Source: a virus
IMG/VR virus record: IMGVR_UViG_3300020037_003876
DNA length: 36,621 nucleotides
Strand: one strand, 5' to 3'
In this document: positions 32,376-36,621 of the stretch, piece by piece
Layout of the letters: each line of letters begins with the position of its first letter
How positions within the stretch are numbered: position 1 is the first letter of the stretch
Position numbers and translations under genes: made by a program
The notes under the pieces: model-generated
What the model saw: the letters and a program-made list of their open reading frames with translations, nothing else
Told to the model about the DNA's origin: nothing
Database searches by the model: none

Positions 32376-32635
32376 TGAGTGAATTTCTGAGTTTTGTTGT
32401 TAGTTTTGATGGCGGGTCTATTGCAATAATTTTTAGCACATCAGCAATGATCTACTTTTTATCAAGAGGTTATTCGCGAATTACTTACTCTTATTTCGAA
32501 GTAACGAATGACGGTGGAGATGAATATATAAAACAATCAAGAGATGACCTAACAATTGCTTTTTTAATTGCCGGATTACAGCAAACAATTTTGATATTTT
32601 TAGCAATCGGTAATTTTCTTGGATTCTTTGTATGA
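32375..32635 (+). CDS. Small membrane protein with two predicted TM segments.
   Basis: ATG 32375 overlaps the upstream stop by 1 nt (TGATG). Hydrophobic segments FLSFVVSFDGGSIAIIFSTSAMIYF and IAFLIAGLQQTILIFLAIGNFLGFF. Confidence 0.6.
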   Translation: MSEFLSFVVSFDGGSIAIIFSTSAMIYFLSRGYSRITYSYFEVTNDGGDEYIKQSRDDLTIAFLIAGLQQTILIFLAIGNFLGFFV

Positions 32636-32760
32636 AAACGTTACTAGATTGGAAGTTTATAGCTGAGTAAGAGATTCTTGATCAAGAATATGAGCATCTT
32701 CATGACAAGGATTTTTTGTGTACGTGATTTGGATTTGAAAATAAAAATTAAGGGGAAGTT

Positions 32761-33801
32761 ATGAGTACAGGAATAGCAACACGAGAGGATTTCTCAGGAA
32801 CAGGCACAACGCTTGCGGTTCAGGAAACGGCATCAACAGCCATAGCAGCGCAAGCGAAAGCAATGGTCGAATCGCGCTACATCATGGCAATGAGAAACCC
32901 GCGCAATTGGGATCAAGTTAGGCAAGATTTGATCAAAGAGTGCGAGCGACCAGCCTTTGCGCATAATAAAAGCACTTACTACAAAAAACCCATTGGGAAT
33001 GGTGTCGAGGGTTTGGGTATCCGCTTTGTAGAGGTTGCTTTGCGCTGCATGAGAAATGTACTGATCGAAGCAAACATGATTTTCGAGGATGACCAAAAGG
33101 AAATTCACCGGGTTTCAGTGACCGACTTGGAGAGCAACGTAACCTACCCTCTTGACGTTAAAGTTACAAAAACCGTTGAGCGCAGCAAACCGGCTGATGA
33201 CGGCTCATTCATCAGTGCGCGAAAAAACAGTTACGGAAACATGACATACACCATTCCAGCCCAAGACGACGAGCTGCTAAATAAGAGAGGAGCAATGATA
33301 TCCAAGGCGGTAAGGACATTGGGGCTTCGCATTATACCGGGTGATCTTTGCGACGAAGCAGAGAAAATAATAAAAGAAATTAGACTGGACAAGGCAGCGA
33401 AAGACCCTAGTGCGGAACGCAAACTTATTGTTGATTCATTCTCAGACATTGGTGTTAAAGCTGTCGATCTAGTCGAATATTTAGGGCACTCAATAGAACA
33501 ATGCTCGCCTACTCAATTAGTCGACCTTCGCGGAATTTATGGCGCAATAAGGGACGGAGAGGCGACTTGGAAAACTGTAATGGATAACAAGCGTGATCAG
33601 GAAACAGGATCAGCAGCACGCAAAACCGAAACAACTGAGCTAACAGATGAAGAATTTGCGCCTATCCGCAAGAAATATTACCAAGCCGTTGCTGATAAAA
33701 AGATCACGCCAGAAAAGCTAATTGGCGATCTTTCAAAAAAATACGCATTCAGCGAAGCACAAAAACAAGCCATAACAGACTGGAGTTTGGCAAATGACTA
33801 A
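32761..33801 (+). CDS. Probable single-strand annealing protein (recombinase partner of the exonuclease).
   Basis: 346 aa, immediately upstream of and overlapping the YqaJ-type exonuclease. I recall the conserved-looking ..AQAKAMVESRYIMAMRNPRNWDQVRQDLIKECERPAFA.. from phage recombination modules. The family is not pinned down. Confidence 0.5.
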   Translation: MSTGIATREDFSGTGTTLAVQETASTAIAAQAKAMVESRYIMAMRNPRNWDQVRQDLIKECERPAFAHNKSTYYKKPIGNGVEGLGIRFVEVALRCMRNVLIEANMIFEDDQKEIHRVSVTDLESNVTYPLDVKVTKTVERSKPADDGSFISARKNSYGNMTYTIPAQDDELLNKRGAMISKAVRTLGLRIIPGDLCDEAEKIIKEIRLDKAAKDPSAERKLIVDSFSDIGVKAVDLVEYLGHSIEQCSPTQLVDLRGIYGAIRDGEATWKTVMDNKRDQETGSAARKTETTELTDEEFAPIRKKYYQAVADKKITPEKLIGDLSKKYAFSEAQKQAITDWSLAND

Positions 33802-35464
33802 TAATGTTATCGAATTATACTTCGAACAGGGTTCGCCAGAGTGGTTAGCGAGTCGCAGAACCACATTTAATGCTAGCGAACTAGCTGCTGCAATGGGTAT
33901 GCACCCTAACATCATTCGGAATGAACTAATTAGACTGTACGCCATGGGTACTGAGATCGAATATTCAGATTACGTGAAAAACGTAATTTTCCCGAACGGT
34001 CATAGAGTGGAAAAAATCATTCGCGTGCTTGCAGAGAAACATTTTGATGAAGATTTCATCCCAAAAGTTTTTGCTCTTGACGGCAAATACTCTTGTTCAC
34101 TGGATGGGCAAACAATAATCGGTGATAGAAATCTTGAGATAAAGCAGTACGCAAAAGAGCTTTATGAATCCGTTGCAAACGGAATACTTCCAGATCATCA
34201 CAAGCCGCAGGTGCAGCAAGGGCTTTGGATAACCAGCGCAGAGCTAACCATCTTCGCAGTTTCATCCGAAGATGAGCAGAGCTTTGTTAGCATGGAAGTT
34301 TTCCCTGATTATGAATTCATCGATACCATCCCTAGAATATGGGCAAAGTTTAAAGAAGATTGTGAAAACTATACTGATATTGAGCAAGTATCTTTTCTGA
34401 GCGATGTTGAAAAAGACGACAGGCTGCCGGTAGTTAAGCTGTCTAGCGGTGGGATTACAGTAGCCAGCAATATAAAGACATGGTTCTCTCTAAAAAAACA
34501 GGATTTTGAAAAATTGCCGGAAATCATTGATGCAGAATCAATCGGAGAATTCCAGACTACAAAAGATAATTTTGAAGTGGCGTTACCGCTGATACAGCAC
34601 CTACGCAAAGGGTTGGAAGAAAATGCAAAACCTCTCGTAGATGTTATTGACGAGTTGATCAGCATAGAGAAGTACCTAAAGAAATGCGTATCGCACTGCT
34701 CCAATACGCTGACTGAATTCAGAAGATCAATTAGGCAAAAAGCGTGCGATGAAGCTACCGAAGATTTTTGGGCTTACGTGGAACAAAAAAACCAAGGTTT
34801 TCCGGTACGAATTGATGTTCTGGTGCCTGATTTTATGGCGTGCTGCAACCGCACGAAAAACCATGACTCTTTGGGTTCAGCAATTGGCGCTGAACTGATG
34901 AATGCAAAAATCGAAGTTGACAAGATCTCTGAAGTTTTGCACGAGAAAATCACTTGGTACAGCAGCATAGCAGATGGTTACCAGCATTTATTCGGTGACT
35001 TGCAAGAAATAATATACAAGGATGACGAGCATTTCAGGCTGCTTGTAACGACTCGCATCGAGCAGCACAAGAAATCTGATGCTGATCGTTTAAAGGCCGA
35101 AAAGATGATGGCTGATGCGCATAATGCATCTCCGATTCCAGATCAAGCGCCACCATTAGCGCAACCGGCAGCACAGCAAGATCAAATCCAGGAACCAATC
35201 AAAGAACAACCAGCAGAAAAAGTAATTTCCGCTTCAAATGATGCACCAACAATTCCGCAACGCGGCGAACCTACTCTCAAGCTCGGAGATATAAATTCAC
35301 GCCTTGGCTTCACGGTAACCTGCGATTTCCTCAGCTCACTCGGTTTTTCTGCGCATTCGGTTGGATCAAAGAAACTGTACCACGAAGAGGATTTCCCGAT
35401 GATCTGCGCAGCAATTGTTAAACACATAGAAAAACTGGTAGATCATGAAATCAATCTTTCTTAG
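33794..35464 (+). CDS. YqaJ / lambda-Exo-like PD-(D/E)XK exonuclease with a roughly 350-aa C-terminal extension.
   Basis: N-terminus EQGSPEWLASRRTTFNASELAAAMG, then ...SLDGQ...LEIKQ... (YqaJ signature). This is followed by a coiled region, a Pro/Gln linker and a terminal about 70-aa domain. Confidence 0.75.
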   Translation: MTNNVIELYFEQGSPEWLASRRTTFNASELAAAMGMHPNIIRNELIRLYAMGTEIEYSDYVKNVIFPNGHRVEKIIRVLAEKHFDEDFIPKVFALDGKYSCSLDGQTIIGDRNLEIKQYAKELYESVANGILPDHHKPQVQQGLWITSAELTIFAVSSEDEQSFVSMEVFPDYEFIDTIPRIWAKFKEDCENYTDIEQVSFLSDVEKDDRLPVVKLSSGGITVASNIKTWFSLKKQDFEKLPEIIDAESIGEFQTTKDNFEVALPLIQHLRKGLEENAKPLVDVIDELISIEKYLKKCVSHCSNTLTEFRRSIRQKACDEATEDFWAYVEQKNQGFPVRIDVLVPDFMACCNRTKNHDSLGSAIGAELMNAKIEVDKISEVLHEKITWYSSIADGYQHLFGDLQEIIYKDDEHFRLLVTTRIEQHKKSDADRLKAEKMMADAHNASPIPDQAPPLAQPAAQQDQIQEPIKEQPAEKVISASNDAPTIPQRGEPTLKLGDINSRLGFTVTCDFLSSLGFSAHSVGSKKLYHEEDFPMICAAIVKHIEKLVDHEINLS

Positions 35465-35951
35465 CTTAGGTTTAGAAGCTCCACCTGAGCGGTGGAGCAA
35501 ACCTGTTAATTGCAACAAAATTGAAAAAAAACATCCTTCAATAGACTATCTGATAAACATTTCAATCGAACCTAGTGAAAGAAAAGCGCTACGTGCAAAT
35601 ATCAGAATAAAGCTTGATAAGCATGGTGTGAATATAAAGTTCAAGGATCTTTATCAAGAAATGCTAAAAGAATCAATGATACCAAGACGACATGACGGAA
35701 ATTTGTTAAGTCTGAATGGGTTTTCAAAGTACGTTATTCGAGTAAAGAAGGATATTAGTGTAGGCATATCCGACAAAGATATAGTTGAAATGTTTGTTAG
35801 AAACAATAAGTCAATAAATTGCATAGCGCAAGATCTTGGAATTAGCGGAAATATGGTTAGAGACATACTTATTTCACACGGTTTTGATACATCAAAACAC
35901 AGTGTTAATAAATCTGCAGCAAAGCAAAAAATAAACGGAGGATTAGCATGA
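35445..35951 (+). CDS. HTH-containing hypothetical protein.
   Basis: 168 aa. SINCIAQDLGISGNMVRDILISHGF looks like a helix-turn-helix. Confidence 0.5.
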   Translation: MKSIFLSLGLEAPPERWSKPVNCNKIEKKHPSIDYLINISIEPSERKALRANIRIKLDKHGVNIKFKDLYQEMLKESMIPRRHDGNLLSLNGFSKYVIRVKKDISVGISDKDIVEMFVRNNKSINCIAQDLGISGNMVRDILISHGFDTSKHSVNKSAAKQKINGGLA

Positions 35952-36621
35952 AAAATTTAACTATTTACAGATCACAAAAGGGCTGGGTTCCTGACCTTGA
36001 AAGACTCAGAGATGAAATCTCTTTTCCTGGCAGGATCGGGTATGCATGGAAGGAATTGCGCAACGGCGATCCATTCATTGGAGTAGGTAAAAACATCATG
36101 CTTGTTTGCGAAAAACAGGAGAAATTGTTACCTACCAGCGTAATTAATCGGGAGTTAAAGATTCGCGCTGATGATTTGTGCAAACGGCTTGAGGTAAAAA
36201 GACTTACAAAAAAACAGTTAGGAGAATTGAAGGATCAAGTGATTGTGGAACTGTACGCAAAAGCTTTTGTAACCAGCAAATTAATAAATGTATGGATTAA
36301 TACCGAGCATGATTTGCTGTGCGTCGAATCGACTTCGACAAAGCTTGTTGATGATGTGATGACGCGCATTTATAAACACCTTGGATATGAAGGCGCAATC
36401 CTGAGATTTGGCAGCTCAGTTGAAATGTTTATGCGCAGACTGATTCTTGATGAAGATTCAAGTATTGATAATTTTTCTTTGGGCAGGAGTTGCGTTCTCG
36501 AAGATATTGAAGCGAAAAGCAAGAGAATCACGTACAAAAATGAATATCTGGATAACGCCGTGGTTAGTAATTACGTTCTGCAGGGTAAGCGCCCGGTTAA
36601 ATTAGAAATTGTACTTGGTTC
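35948..36621 (+). CDS. rdgC: RdgC-like recombination-associated protein, N-terminal part. It runs off the window end and continues in frame at 1-335 through the overlap.
   Basis: ATG at 35948 overlaps the upstream stop. MKNLTIYRSQKGW... and LPTSVINRELKIRADDL...LKDQVIVELYAKAF resemble E. coli RdgC (LPSPVIKQALEAKI...LKDEVLHSLLPRAF). The frame is continuous with ORF 60-335 once 36501 is equated with 1. Total about 295 aa. Confidence 0.75.
   Translation, partial: MKNLTIYRSQKGWVPDLERLRDEISFPGRIGYAWKELRNGDPFIGVGKNIMLVCEKQEKLLPTSVINRELKIRADDLCKRLEVKRLTKKQLGELKDQVIVELYAKAFVTSKLINVWINTEHDLLCVESTSTKLVDDVMTRIYKHLGYEGAILRFGSSVEMFMRRLILDEDSSIDNFSLGRSCVLEDIEAKSKRITYKNEYLDNAVVSNYVLQGKRPVKLEIVLG
36501..36621. 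repeat. Second copy of the terminal direct repeat (equals 1-121).
   Basis: Same 121-nt string as the window start. Confidence 0.95.

Overview
The window is a complete dsDNA phage genome. Bases 1-121 are identical to 36501-36621, so the contig closes on itself and the unique length is 36,500 bp. An RdgC-like gene runs across the junction.

Layout:
- Plus-strand early operon (30742 through the junction to 2947), driven by a consensus sigma70 promoter. It encodes a secreted small protein, a 32-unit pentapeptide-repeat protein, a chain of overlapping mini-ORFs, an SSAP plus YqaJ-type exonuclease pair, an HTH protein, RdgC-like, several unknowns and a DHH/DHHA1 phosphoesterase. It ends at a bidirectional terminator (2973-3018).
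- Minus-strand early operon (30636 down to 23322): Cro/YdaS-like HTH, an intrinsic terminator, a replication initiator carrying in-gene 15-bp iterons, accessory genes, a 1.39-kb ORF-free island, then nin-like genes (DUF1367-like, Ref/HNH-like, RusA, DUF4942-type N6 DNA methyltransferase).
- Minus-strand late operon (from a consensus promoter at 23214-23241 down to 3025): small and large terminase, P22-like portal, scaffold, P22-like coat, gp4-like and gp10-like tail factors, Gly/Ala/Gln-rich ejection proteins, fibres/spikes and two small membrane-type proteins.

I recognise no integrase, no CI-type repressor, no Q/N antiterminator and no endolysin.

The most unusual feature is 26813-28205. It has stops in all frames and consists of two tandem, diverged copies of a multi-helix architecture. 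Conserved helix bases, compensatory changes, complementary 9-10-mers and a tRNA-like CCA-ending element suggest a large structured RNA or RNA array. I cannot assign it to a known family. All functional calls come from reading the sequence and recalled family motifs; no searches were run.
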